NCBI GenBank assembly: GCA_035221665.1 | Contig: CM069154.1 | Location: 17,360,001 to 17,424,000 of the forward strand | Source: Okamejei kenojei | Lineage: Eukaryota | Direction of reading: 5' to 3' | Length of the DNA: 64,000 bases | Shown: positions 27,751 to 40,559 of the stretch, in pieces | Position numbering within the stretch: the first letter of the stretch is position 1 | Layout: each line of letters begins with the position of its first letter | The notes under the pieces: model-generated | What the model saw: only the letters and a program-made list of their open reading frames with translations | Databases searched by the model: none | What the model was told of the DNA's origin: nothing | Made by a program: the position numbers and the translations under genes

Positions 27751-27904
27751 CTGTTAAACAGGAGATTGCTATTCGGAAAGTCCGCATTTGTCTTCACGGG
27801 TAACCATCGAAAGGAAAATGTGGTCTTTAGTAAGGCCAAAATAGTGGAGAACCCGAATGGGTCATGTAGGATCTCTGGAGAACATGGATAGTTGGGATCA
27901 TGGG

Positions 27905-29013
27905 GAGAGGGGGCGCTGTCGTCTACGGCTGACTGTCCTGCAGCTGTCCGTTTTTTCACTTATTTTTTTTAATTTTTAGTAGTTTAAAAGTGTGTTAGTT
28001 GGGGGTCTAATCATTTTTTGTGTGTGGGGGGGGGGGGGGGGGGGGGTAGGGGGGAGTGGGAAACTTATTTTCAAGTCCCTATCTTGTCGGAAAGGCTGAT
28101 TTACTCCGGGCTGCACATTCGACCCGTCCTCGCGGCCTACCAGCGGTGCCTGGAGTGACGTTTCCTGAGGGGACCTGTCCAGAACCTCGGATTCGGCGGC
28201 AGCACAGCGCCGGAGCGCTTTCGCGGAGCGGGCGAAGCCTTGCCTGGGTCGCCGCGCTGGAACTCCGGTATGTTGGGATATGCCGATTGGTACATCTCGG
28301 AGCTGCGGGTCTGTGGAGCGGCCAGCCGCGGGCGGCGGCGCTGAACCTTAACATCGGGAGCCTGGGATCTCTCGTCGAGATCGGCAGTGTTAGAGCTCCG
28401 CCTAGCGGCCTGTTGGCTTGGAAGCCGCAGTCTCCGGTAAGGAAGTGGCCGTGCCTGGCATCCCACGCCGCTGAGAGTGTTTTCCCGACGCCGGAACAAC
28501 ATCGCCCGGCGAGAGGGCCTGAAACATCGGGCCGCCATAGCGGCGACTGTGGGTGCCTCAATAGGTCCGATTATGGGTGGACAAGGGGATAGAAACATAG
28601 AAACATAGAAATTAGGTGCAGGAGTAGGCCATTCAGCCCTTCGAGCCTGCACCGCCATTCAATATGATAATGGCTGATCATCCAACTCAGTATCCCGTAC
28701 CTGCCTTCTCTCCATACCCTCTGATCTCCTTAGCCACAAGGGCCACATCCAACTCACTCTTAAATATAGCCAATGAACTGGCCTCAACTACCCTCTATGG
28801 CAGAGAGTTCCAGAGACTCACCACTCTCTGTGTGAAAAAAGTCTTTCTCATCTCGGTCTTAAAGGATTTCCCCCTTATCCTTAAGCTGTGACCCCTTGTC
28901 CTGGACTTCCCCAACATCGGGAACAATCTTCATGCATCTAGCCTGTCCAACCCCTTAAGAATGGGGACTGGACTTTGCGTCTTCCCCCACAGTGGGAACC
29001 ATTGTGTGTTCGT

Positions 29014-29054
<41 letters not shown>

Positions 29055-29100
29055 GGTGGATGTTTTTTTTAATTTTTTTGGTTTACTTTAGTTTTTATTG
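27905..29100 (+). mobile_element. GC-rich SINE-like element interrupted by a CR1 3' fragment
   Basis: 5' GGGGGCGCTGTCG...CTGCAGCTGTCCG, poly-G, GC-rich core; resumes at 28961 with GGACTTTGCGTCTTCCCCCACAGTGGGAACC. Confidence 0.7.
28589..28960 (-). mobile_element. Young CR1 3' fragment
   Basis: Nearly identical to 16865-17237. Confidence 0.93.
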
Positions 29101-29109
29101 CTTTTATGT

Positions 29110-29780
29110 ATACACAAATAAAACACAAATATAACAATGAAACATTCGACATTACAATGTAGCGGGGGGTTCAGTTTACAATTAATGATGCAGTATACAG
29201 AACTATTTTCATATTAAAACATTTTCCAATAACTTGCGTTATTGTCTATAAAATTAGACAGTGTTGATCTCTTTATTTCTATACCAAATCCATTTTTCCC
29301 ATTTTCTTTTAAATTCGTCTTCTTTCACTCTTAGAGAATATGTCATTTTCTCCATGACAAATATTTACTGTACTATGTCTTACCATTGTCTAAGTCTGGG
29401 TGTGTCCGCTGCAAGCCAGTTTCTTGTAATGGCCTTTCTGCCAGCTGTGAGTAGGATTTTAACCAAGTAATGGTCTTCCTTCAGCACCACTGTATTCATA
29501 TTACCCAGGTAAAAAAATGAACACTTCTTGCGGACTATATATCCTAATACCTCCGTTAATTCTGAATTTCCTCTGTCCCAAAATGGTTCTATTTTTGGGC
29601 AACTCCAGAAGATATGTGCATGGTTTGCGTCTGTTTGGCCACATTGCCTCCAGCATGTTTGCTCCTTAGAATGTGCTTGTTTTTTATGTTAGGCGTAATA
29701 ATGAAACGAATCAAATTGTTCCAATTAAATTCTCTCCAATTTTGTGAATTGGTGGATGTCTGTAGTGTTACACACATTCT
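29110..29780 (-). mobile_element. L1/Tx1-like LINE 3' end
   Basis: NWREFNWNNLIRFIITP; ILLTAGRKAITRNWL..DTPRLRQW. Confidence 0.7.
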
Positions 29781-29929
29781 TCTTCTGTTTTCATGTTTTA
29801 ATGTTAAATTTCTTCTTTAATGCTATGTTGTATTTTTATTGGTATTAGTGTGCTGCAGGGCATCTGAATTTCCACTGAAAAGGGGATTAATAAAGTATTT
29901 ATTATTAATTATTATTATTATTATTTCTC

Positions 29930-30260
29930 CCCATGACCGCTGGCATCTGCAATAATCAGGAACCTATCTATCTCTTTCGTAAACATATCCACTGGCTTTG
30001 CCTTCACACTCTTCTGAGTCAAAGAATTCCACAGATTCACCACCTTCAGACTAAATAAATTCCTCCTTATCTCCTTCCTAAAATAATGTTGTTTAGTTCT
30101 GAGCTATGACCTCCAGTCCTAGGCATGTCCACCAGTGTAAACATCCTCTCCACCTCCACTATATTCAACCCTTTCCCTATTCTGTACGTGACAATGAGGT
30201 CCGCCTCCTTTCTTCTAAACTACAGCGAGTACAGGCCCAGTGCAATCAAAAGCTCATCGT
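29930..30260 (-). mobile_element. Old CR1 3' fragment
   Basis: KVVNLWNSL motif. Confidence 0.8.
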
Positions 30261-30751
30261 GTTGTCTGTATAACATAACGTAATATATTGTTGTATATTT
30301 AATCGATGGAGAGATATATTTCCCAGACGCGCTTCAACGTTGCTCGTGATGTATGGTTTAAAGAAAATTGGCAGGTTATATGGCAGTCCAAATAATAGAT
30401 ACCTATACACACTGCCTAACTATTACTGACATTGAATCTAAATAAAAACGTTTGAAATGCTGACAAATGGATCAATAACGCTCTCTGAACAAATCTAGAT
30501 TCTGCAGATGCATCCTGCGGATGCTGACATTTTAATACAAGCAATAATTTCGAAAATATGTCCGAAAGTAACAAGATCTTTCCGGCAACACAGAATCGGT
30601 AGCTAGTACAATTTCACAAACCTTTTACCTCTCTGACGCAAACTGACACAATATAATTTCCCGTTAGCTCTTACTATTATGGTCTTTCGGTTTATAGTTG
30701 ACCATTATTGCAGAACGCTACACTTGACTGCAAGATTGCAGCTATATTCCT

Positions 30752-33700
30752 AATTTTACTTCGGAGTCACGTGAGTGACAACATGAAGAAGGCCGGCCCC
30801 ATGCACGCGCGTCATTACGTCCGACGCATTGCGCAACGACTGGCTGGCGGGCGCGTTGCTCCTTCCAGCGGGTAAGTTTCAATGGCTCAGGTTAGTGTTT
30901 ATAAAACACGTTGCTGAAGTTGTTGCTCCCCGTCCGGAGTGTGTTTTGTCTTACCGTATTTCAGCTTCGGATTGTGGGAGATATGTCCAAAATGAAGAGG
31001 CGAGCCGCGACCAAACCGGCTGTGGAAAACGATGGGCTTGCGGGCAGCTTGCGACCGTCGAATTCGCCTACAGGGCCGCTGGCAGAGCAGCCAGCGGCTA
31101 CATACTTGATGCTGCCAGATAGCACCTTGGCTACTCCACGGTTGAGGAAAGCCACTAAAGTGTCTGTGAGGGCGCTGGACTCTGAGGAGTCGGGCCACGA
31201 GGTGGAACAGTTCCCTGCTTCTATGGGCAGTGTTATTGGCTTGCTGGCCCATATGGTGAGCCTTGTGCAGAGGTTACTCCAGTATGATATGCTCCAAAGG
31301 ACGGAGCTATCGGAGCCCGGGGAGTATATAGAACCCGAGGCAGCAGCACCTGTGTCAGGGCTGCACAATATCTCCCTGTCAGATGACGGGAGCGTACGAG
31401 GTCAGTGCTATGCTGACCCAGAGTACGGAGACAAAGTCGGGCTAGAGGGATCATCGGGTGTACCAACTATGGCATCCAGATTTGCGGTCCCAGCCCTCAC
31501 AGGAGAGCCATTGGACAAGGAGCTCGCAGTGAACATTATTTATCTGGCTTCCCATTCACTTCATACCTGACCATACAGGTTAAAAAACTCGATAAAGAGT
31601 CAGAGACTGTTGGTCTCATGAAGGTGCCGTCGAATGTATCGTCTTTCTGGAGACTGTACCACTACCTCCCTCTGCATACAAAACGGGTTGCTGGATATCT
31701 CGGACGTGGTGTGGAGCAACAAGCACAGAGGCCTTTTAGGGCAGGGCCTAAGCCGGGCCATGTTCAAGTTGCGGCGCCCTCCAGCAGCCCTACCCCCAGA
31801 CCTCGGGGGCAGAAGCAGCGAGCTTACCGCCTGTAAACTCTAAGGTGGGTGAGACTGCAATGGATACATTACAGGTTGGGGGGAGATTGCAATTTTTGTT
31901 ACGTGAATGGCAGTGGATAACCCGTTTATACTGCATAGTATTCAAGGTTTCCAAATTGAGTTCATTTCTGACTTGCCTCCACCTACTCAGCATACACCTT
32001 GGTCGTACTTTTGTGTTTTCACAACAGGAGTGTATCAGTGCACAAAGAGAACTTGACTCTTTGTTCAAAAAAGGGGTAATTGAGAGGGCGAGGCGTGAGT
32101 CTTATAAGTTTGTGTCCAATATCTTTACTAGGCAGAAGAAGGATGGAGGATGTAGAATTGTCCTAGATTTAACAGAGCTTAACACCTTTGTGCAGAATAA
32201 ACACTTCAAAATGGAAACTATTGTCACTGCCAAACAACTGCTTTCAAAGGGATGCTATATGGCAAGCATTGACCTCAAAGATGCTTACTATTCAGTGGCC
32301 ATGCTTGAACAGCACAGGAGATTTTTGAATTTTAACTGGATGGATCAGTTGTGGCAGTTTAAAGCATTGCCTAATGGATTAACCTCAGCTCCCAGACTAT
32401 TCACAAAATTGCTAAAACCTGCCCCGGGGTTACTCAGAGCACAGAATCACATTGTCATGGCATATTTGGACTACATTTTAGTTTTGGGAGGACTTTCGGA
32501 TTAAATGAATTATCTGTGTCAGCTACAAAACTCGTTTTCGAAAATATAGGATTCATAATCCATCCAGTTAAGTCTAAATTGATGGCATCCACGATAATTG
32601 ACTATTTGGGATTAACCGTTAACTCAGTACACATGTCAGTGACTCTGTGTCGGGGCAAGCAATTATAGCTTAATTGAAGCCTGCATGAAACTCATTGATA
32701 ATAATCACCGTCTATTAGACATGTGGCCCGGGTAATTGGAAAATTTGTGTCAACGTTCCCAGCTGCTCAGTTTGGGCCTTTGCACCACCAAAACTTACAG
32801 CGTGCAAAGGAACAGGCACTTAACATTCAGAGAGGTCGTTTCGATAGACCCATGCAACTACCTGCTGAGGCTCTGGCTCATTTACAATGGTGGATTGCCA
32901 ATATTCAGTGCTGCTCTAGTACCATTTTAGTCAATACACCATCAGTTATCCTGCAGACTGATGCCAGTGCACTAGGATGGGGTTCTACCGATACAGTCTC
33001 GAGCTGCGGTGGCAGATGTGATCTGCAGGAATCATCCATGCTTCAATCACACGGTATTGTCTATTTATTGTTGGGAGCACTCTATGGGTTAAAGGCTTTT
33101 TGTACCAAAAGGTATCATGTGCATGTCCAACTTCAGATTGACAACACTACCGCAGTAGCGTACATTAATCACATGGGTGGCAGTAAGTCTGTATCCTGTG
33201 ATGGGTTGTCTAATCTCCTCTGGCACTGGTGTATTGCGAGGAACATTTGGGTTTCAGCTATCGATTTACCAGGTAGATATAACACAGCGGCAGACACCAG
33301 ATCTCGAGAGTTCAATGATAACAAAGAATGGATGTTAAATCAAGAAATGTTTATGATATTATCCTTCGTTATGGTGTACCGGACATTGATCTGTTGGCAG
33401 ACAGGAAGCAAAGAGTAGGAATGAACGGGTCCTTTTCAGGATGGCAGACAGTGACCAGTGGGGTGCCGCAAGGCTCAGTGCTGGGACCCCAGCTATTTAC
33501 AATTAACATTAATGATTTGGACGAGGGAATTATATGCAGCATCTCGAATTTTGCGGATGACACGAAGCTGGAAGGCAGTGTTAACTGTGAGGAGGATGCT
33601 AAGATGCTGCAGGGTGACTTGGATTGACTGGGTGAGTGGGTACATGCATGGCAGATGCAGTATAATGTGGATAAATGTGAGGTTATCCACTTTGGTGGCA

Positions 33701-36283
33701 AAAACAGGAAGGTAGACTATTATTTGAATGGTGACCGATTAGGAAAAGGGGAGATGCAGCGAGACCTGGGTGTCATGGTACACCAGTCATTGAAAGTAGG
33801 CATGCAGGAGCAGCAGGCTGTGAAGAAAGCGAATGGCATGTTGGCATTCATAGCAAAAGGATTTGAGTACAAGAGCAGGGAGGTTCTACTGCAGTTGTAC
33901 AGGGTCTAGGTGAGGCCACACCTGGGGTATTGCGTACAGTTTTGATCTCCTAATCTGAGGAAAGCCATTCTTGCCATAAAGGGAGTACAGAGAAGGTTCA
34001 CTAGACTGATTCCTGGGATGGCACGACTTCCATATGAAGAAAGACTGGATAGATTTGGTTTGAACTCGCTGGAATTTAGAAGATTGAGGGGTGATCTCAT
34101 AGAGACTTACAAAATTCTTAAAGGGTTGGACAGGCTAGATGCGGGAAGATTGTTCCCGATGTTGGGTAAATCCAGGACAAGGGGTTACAGTTTAAGGAGA
34201 AGGGGGAAGTCTTTTAGGACCGAAATGAGCAAATCGTTTTTCACACAGAGAGTGGTGAATCTGTGGAATTATCTGCCAAAGAAGGTAGTTGAGGCCAGTT
34301 CGTTGGCCATATTTAAGAGGGAGTTGGATGTGGAACTTGTGGCTGAAGGGATCAGGGGGTATGGAGATAATACTGAGTTGGATGATCAGACATGATCATA
34401 TTGAATGGTGGTGCAGGCTCGAAGGGCCGAATGGCCTGCTCCTGCATCTAATTTCTATGTTTCTATGTTTCTCTATGTTTTTTCCAGGCTAAATCATCTG
34501 TTACCAATTTACGTGTTACGGGAGCCAGACCCAGGGGCAGTAGCGGTAGATGCATTCTCGCTACACTGGGGTGGTACACGTGTGTATGTTTCCCCCCCAT
34601 TGTGTCTCATTACTCGATGTGTGGCAAAAATTCTGCAAGATTCCGCCATTGGCATCTTGGTAGCGCCAGACTGGCCTACTCAGCATTGGTTCCCTCTGGT
34701 TCTAGCCTTAATTACACAGCCTTTTATGGCAAAGCCCAAGAGCAGAAACATGCTGTCATGCCCAGTGACAGGTGAAAGCCAACCTCTTCATGACCGTATA
34801 AATTTGTTGGTTTGCAGATTCTGAGGAGACCGTTCCTGTGGCTCGGGTTTTTGGAGCGAACTATTGATGTCATAACTGCGGACTGCAGGAAGAGCACACA
34901 GACACAGTATATCTCTCACATAAAAAAATGGGAGATGTACTGTTCCCGCTCTCACATTTCGTATCACACAGCTACAATCACGGATGTTTTGGAATTTCTT
35001 TTGTCACTTTTCTCGATAAAAAATCTTAGTTACAGTGCCCGAAGTGCTTTGACCTACTATTTACGGCTGGGGTCAGTGAACCACACGGCAGGTTCCCATT
35101 CTTTAATAACCAAGTTTATGAAGGGCGTTATTTTAACTCTACTCCACCTAGACCTAGGTAAACACACATATGGGATGTCAGTGTGGTCCTCACACTGCTC
35201 CATCAGTGGGCACCAGTTTCATCTCTGTCCCTACACCATCTTACACTCAAAGTGGTCATGCTCATTTCGTTCGCCTCAGCACAACGGGTCCAGACACTAC
35301 AAAAGCTCAGAGTGGACATTATGGGTTCTTCCAGCAATAACATCACCTTTTTTCGTTCGGGATCTCGTCAAGCAGACCAGGCCAGGTGTACAGGGGCTCA
35401 AGTTGAGTTAATGGCATTCCCCTCAGATCCACGAGTGTGTGTAGTATCATCTATAACCCAATACATAAAGGTTACCGAGAGCTTGAGAGGCTCGGAACTC
35501 TCCTTTGTCAGCTGCACCAAACCTCACAAACAGGTTACGGTACAGACCAACTCTAGATGGATTTATCAGGTTCTGGCGTGTGCAGGAGTGGACACTGACA
35601 TTTTCAAATCTCATTCCACCAAGACTGCATCACAGCATCAAGGGATATGGACGTACCTCTTGACCATATTCTCGTGGCTGCGTGATGGTCCAATGAGAGG
35701 ACGTACCAGAGGTTTTATAATAAGCCTATCGCCAGATCCGGGATGTTTGCTGATTCTGTTTTAAGTTCTGTTTAACAATTTCCCCCTTGGTGAGAGGGGC
35801 TACTGTTTATTTTCGTCCTTGTTAGTAAAGTATTAGTACTGATAAACATGTCATGTTTTGAATGCATTAAGTTTCTCACTCATCCTGGTCAATTGATGCA
35901 GCTGTGACGCATGGACCCGTTCCTCGCCATTAAATCACAGACCTTCAATGTCTTCAAGCAGTCACTCACGTGTTCCGAAGTAAAATAGTAAAATTAAATG
36001 AGAACTTATCAGTTTGAAGTTTGATCGTTATTTTATGAGGAGTTACGTTGAGGGATTACTTGCCCTCCGGTTCCTACCCTCGTAACTTAACGATCTTTCT
36101 GTAAGCTCTAGTCAACTATTGACTTACTATTTTAGTTCAACAACGTTTTCTGTAACTTCACGGCGCTGCTTTGAAGATTGACGCGCATGCGTGAGGACGG
36201 CCTTCTTCACGTAATCCCTCAACATAACTCCTCATACAATAACGATCAAACTTTCAAACTGGTAAGTTCTCATCTAATCTTAC
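30752..36283 (+). mobile_element. DIRS1-type tyrosine-recombinase retrotransposon with ITRs and internal complementary region
   Basis: gag-like ORF 30911-31570; RT (IDLKDAYYS, LPNGLTSAPRLFTK, AYLDY); RNase H (QTDASALGWG, IDNTTAVAYINHMGG); MT-like domain; YR (SAQRVQTL, FKSHSTK). ICR 35951-36059 is complementary to both termini. Confidence 0.95.
33394..34480 (+). mobile_element. Young CR1 3' fragment inserted in the DIRS element
   Basis: [18 protein letters not shown], (TTCTATG)n tail. Confidence 0.95.
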
Positions 36284-36642
36284 CATCATATTCCATTATT
36301 TGAAAAATTGAATGCAATTTTTTAACTGTGTATATTGATGTTAGGTTGACATTTAGGGAACTTTAAGGAATGCAACAGACTAAGACCAGAAATGCACAGT
36401 TAATTTTGCTTTTGTTATACGCAATTCAATGCTTGTGAGCATAAGAATATTTTTACTTGCATTGTATTCGTATTTTCCATATGCATCTGCAGGGAGCGAT
36501 GAGAGACTGCTGCAATATCCTGCACTTATTTCAATGTAGGAGACTTAGCAGGTTATGCGAGTGCACTCAAGGCGCATAGGACTGGAATATTACTGCCATT
36601 GGGAAATCATTGGTAAGGGAAGAACGTGAATGGCACCTGATT

Positions 36643-37349
36643 ATAGTGCATTTAGAAAGTATTCAGATTCCTTCAATTTTTCCACATTTTGTTACGCTGC
36701 AGCCTTATTCTAAAATTGATTACATTCTTTTTTTTATTATCAAACAACACACAATACCACACAATAAAAAAAGCGAAATGAGGTGTTTAGAAATGTTTGC
36801 AACGTAATTAAAGAGATATAACTGAAATATCGCATTTACATAAGTATTCAGAACCTTTGCTCTAACATTAAAATTTGAGCTATTGTCCATCTTGTTTTCA
36901 TTGAATCTCCTTTAGATGTTTCTTGAACTTGATTGGAGTCCACCAGTGGTAAATAAAATTGAATATGCATGATTGGGAAAGGCGCACACTTGTCTATATA
37001 AGATCCAACTATTGACTGTTCATGACAGGGCATAAACCAAGCCATGAAGACAAAGGAATTGACCGTAGATCTCCGAGACAAGATTATGCCGAGTCACTGA
37101 TCTGGGGAAGGGTATACAACCATGTCTGCAGAATTGCATGTCCGAAGAACAGTGGCCTCCATCGTTCTTAAAGGAATAACTTTGAAACCACCAGGAAGGT
37201 TCATTGAGTTGGCTGCACAGCCAAATTGAGCAATCAATGTGAGTAGGTCCTTAGTTAGAGAGATGAGCATGGCCATAGAGAGTGGTCATTCTGACGAGCT
37301 CCAGAATCCCTCTGAGGGGATGAGAGAACCTACCAGAAGGACAACTAAA
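36643..37349 (+). mobile_element. Decayed Tc1 element, left TIR plus transposase N-terminus only
   Basis: TA-TAGTGCATTTAGAAAGTATTCAG start; MKTKELTVDLRDKI at 37044. Confidence 0.8.
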
Positions 37350-38571
37350 TCAGAGGCCCACAGGAGCCGTTGGAAGAGGAGGAGGAGGGGGAGGAGCGAC
37401 ACCCGACCGGTAAGCTTCAAAATCTAGCGCGGGGCTTGTTTTTTCAGAGGCCCACAGGAGCCGTTGGAAGAGGAGGAGGGGGAGGAGCGACACCCGACGG
37501 TAAGCTATAAAATCAAGCGCGGGGCTTGTTTTTTCAGAGGCCCACAGGAGCCGTAGGAAGAGGAGGAGGAGGGGGAGGAGCGACACCCGACCGGTAAGCT
37601 TCAAAATCTAGCGCGGGGCTTGTTTTTTCAGAGGCCCACAGGAGCCGTTGGAAGAGGAGGAAGGGGAGGAGCGACACCCGACCGGTAAGCTTCAAAATCT
37701 AGCGCGGGGCTTGTTTTCTCAGAGGCCCACAGGAGCCGTTGGAAGAGGAGGAGGAGGGGGAGGAGCGACACCCGACCGGTAAGCTTCAAAATCTAGCGCG
37801 GGGCTTGTTTTTTCAGAGGCCCACAGGAGCCGTTGGAAGGAGGAGGGGAGGAGCGAGGGGGAGGAGCGACACCCGACGGTAAGCTATCAAAATCAAGCGC
37901 GGGGCTTGTTTTTTTTCAGAGGCCCACAGGAGCCGTTGGAAGAGGAGGAGGGGGGGGGGGGGGAGGAGCGACACCCGACCGGTAAGCTTCAAAATCTAGC
38001 GCTGGGCTTGTTTTTTCAGAGGCCCACAGGAGCCGTTGGAAGAGGAGGAGGGGGAGGAGCGACACCCGACCGGTAAGCTATAAAATCAAGCGCGGGGCTT
38101 GTTTTTTCAGAGGCCCACAGGAGCCGTTGGAAGAGGAGGAGGAGGGGGAGGAGCGACATCCGACCGGTAAGCTTCAAAATCTAGCGCGGGGCTTGTATTT
38201 TCAGAGATCCACAGGAGCCGTTCGAAGAGAAGGAGGGGGAGGAGCGACACCCGACCGGTAAGCTATAAATTCAAGCGCGGAAATTGTTTTTCAGAGGCCC
38301 ACAGGAGCCGTTGGAAGAGGAGGGGGAGGAGCGAGACCCGACCGGTAAGCTTCAAAATCTAGCGCGGGGCTTGTTTTTTCAGAGGCCCACAGGAGCCGTT
38401 GGAAGAGGAGGAGGGGGAGGAGCGACACCCGACCGGTAAGCTTCAAAATCTAGCGCGGGGCCTTGTTTTTTCAGAGGCCCACAGGAGCCGTTGGAAGAGG
38501 AGGATGAGGGGGAGGAGCGACACCCGACCGGTAAGCTTCAAAATCTAGCGCGGGGCTTGTTTTTTCAGAGG
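37350..38571 (+). repeat. Tandem array of 13 ~94-bp monomers matching the CR1 5' monomers at 49988-50270
   Basis: Unit CAGAGGCCCACAGGAGCCGTTGGAA(GAG)nGGGGAGGAGCGACACCCGACCGGTAAGCTTCAAAATCTAGCGCGGGGCTTGTTTTTT counted 13 times. Confidence 0.97.
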
Positions 38572-38760
38572 TCCCAGCACTGAGCTTTCTCATTAACATT
38601 TCGGAAGATTCCGCAAATACTTCGGCCCTTTCAGACTTTACCATTTCATTATTCTCAGCTGCACATCGAAAAAGTACAATTGCAAGAATTCGTGCAGAAT
38701 TACAAGCACAATACAAACAAATCAATGCAAAATCATCAGGCAGCACATACAGGAACTGCA
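38572..38760 (-). pseudogene. CARD-like repeat truncated by the tandem array
   Basis: DDFALICLY...RIL...EVFAESSEMLMRKL. Confidence 0.55.
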
Positions 38761-39054
38761 GTTGATGAGGTTGACTAATCGATAAATTTCGTCAAACTAG
38801 ACAATGAAACTAGTACAAATACTAACATGTCTAAGTGTAACACCCCCCCCCCCCCCCCGAGAACAGAGTTCGTTTGAGAAACACGTGGCTGTAACGCAGT
38901 TCTTATTTAGACTGAGTGATAGCTTCAAGACCAAAGAAAGTATAATTTAAAGGAAATGTTTTTTACACAGAGAGCGGCGGATGCCAGGGACGATGGTGGA
39001 TCCCGATACGATAGTGTCCTTTAAGAAGCTATTAGATGCTGAGAATGGATTGGT

Positions 39055-40525
39055 CTAGACCATGTGTGGGGAGATGAAGATAGTTTTTCTTTTCGTTGTA
39101 TCCCTTGCAGGCATTGTGGGACGAAGCATTACACGGGAGGGCTGGTCCCCCAACGCAATACTCCAGCTCAACACCAATTTCAATTTTGGTGGCCAGTGGG
39201 GGGGGGGGGGGGGGGTGGGTCTTTCTGCAGTGCTAGTATGAGTGTTGCGGGCTAAAGGGACTGGTATTCGGAGTGCTGGTAAGGACGTTGTGGGCCGAAT
39301 GGATTCTTGGGCTGGCGGCTCAGTCACTCATGGCTGGTGGGCTGGCAGTTGAGTCATGTCTATTCCTTGAAATTACATTTCAAGCAAGGTGCAAGGCCAC
39401 CAAAATCAAGTGTAGTTTCATACCATTTCAATCAGGGTGCAAGGCCACTAAAGACTGCGAGTCGTGACATCTCCCTCCTCCATCATGCAGAGATTGAGCC
39501 ACGCCCACACTACTGGGTTTTATAGTCCTTCCACTCCCACGAGAAGGGGCGTGGCCTTCATTGCGTGATTGACAAAGGAGAGAATCTCAACATCTTTTAA
39601 CACTAACAACTCTTTTATTTTTCATCGATGGGAAAAATCCTCCACACCTGATGAGAGCAGGGGGACCCTGAGTAAGATGGCCAAAAATTCACAGCCATAC
39701 AAGATAGCGTTTTTTTAAAATAAAATCAATATACAGAACAACAGGAAGTGGTCAAAATTAGAGAAGATCAGACTTTTAGTAATACAATTGTAAAATCAAT
39801 GTAAAGCGCAAACAGGAAGTGGTCAAGATTAGACGTTTCATTTTATAGAAGGCAAGGCAACATTAAATAGGCAAGGCAAATTCAATTAAGCAAGGTAACT
39901 TTGATTAGGCAAGGCAACTTTAATTAGGCAAGGCAACTTTAAGTGGGCAAGGCAACTTTATTAGGGCAAGGTAACTTTAATTAGGCAACCCAGCTTTACC
40001 ATTCCCAAACCTGAGGCAACAAACGTTTAGCATTTCTAAACCAAAGGCAACATGGCTTTATCAATTCCAAACCAAAGGCAACACAGCTCTAGCATTTCCA
40101 AACCAAAGGCAACACAGCTTTAACATTTCCAAACCACACAGTTTTAGCCTTTCCAAATTATATTTTCGAACCACATTACGGGCACTGACAGGTCGGTAAA
40201 ACCACTCACAGTTTAGTAGACATGTGTTCAGTGTTATTCACAGCTCAGACTGAGAGACGTGACCTTCTCGCTCCCCCATCTTGCAGAGACTGACTGAGGC
40301 ACTCAACGCTGCCGGGTTTTATAGTCTCTCTGGAAGGGGAGTGGCCTTCGGGAGAGATAAGCTCAACATTTTAAAACATTAATAACTTTTTTAGTTTTCA
40401 TCGATGGAAAACATCCTCTTGTCCTGTGAGTAAGATGGCCAAGAATCACAACCGTAAGAAGCAGCATTTTTTCTAAAATCAATATACAGAACAACAGGAA
40501 GTGGTCAGTCTTTTAGTAATATAGA
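39055..40525 (-). mobile_element. Non-autonomous Helitron-like element with internal duplication and minisatellites
   Basis: Minus strand begins A|TCTATATTACTAAAA; CTAG at 39055; GGCAAGGCAACTTTAATT repeats at 39850-39990; related fragment at 42930-43050. Confidence 0.55.
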
Positions 40526-40559
40526 TTGCACTGTTCGTGGTCTGAATACAAGAGGACAG

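Noticed and set aside
28056-28658. Long overlapping GC-rich ORFs (also 12065-12556, 45770-46291, 59196-59705)
   Set aside because: They lie in GC-rich repeats where stops are rare; open on both strands with no recognisable domains.
29014-29053. Long poly-G tract and other poly-C/G runs as functional G-quadruplexes
   Set aside because: They sit inside repeats and their lengths are unreliable in assemblies; no independent evidence of function.
37350-38571. CRISPR-like regularly spaced repeat
   Set aside because: Units are fully repeated with no unique spacers, no cas genes, eukaryotic context; the unit matches a CR1 5' end.
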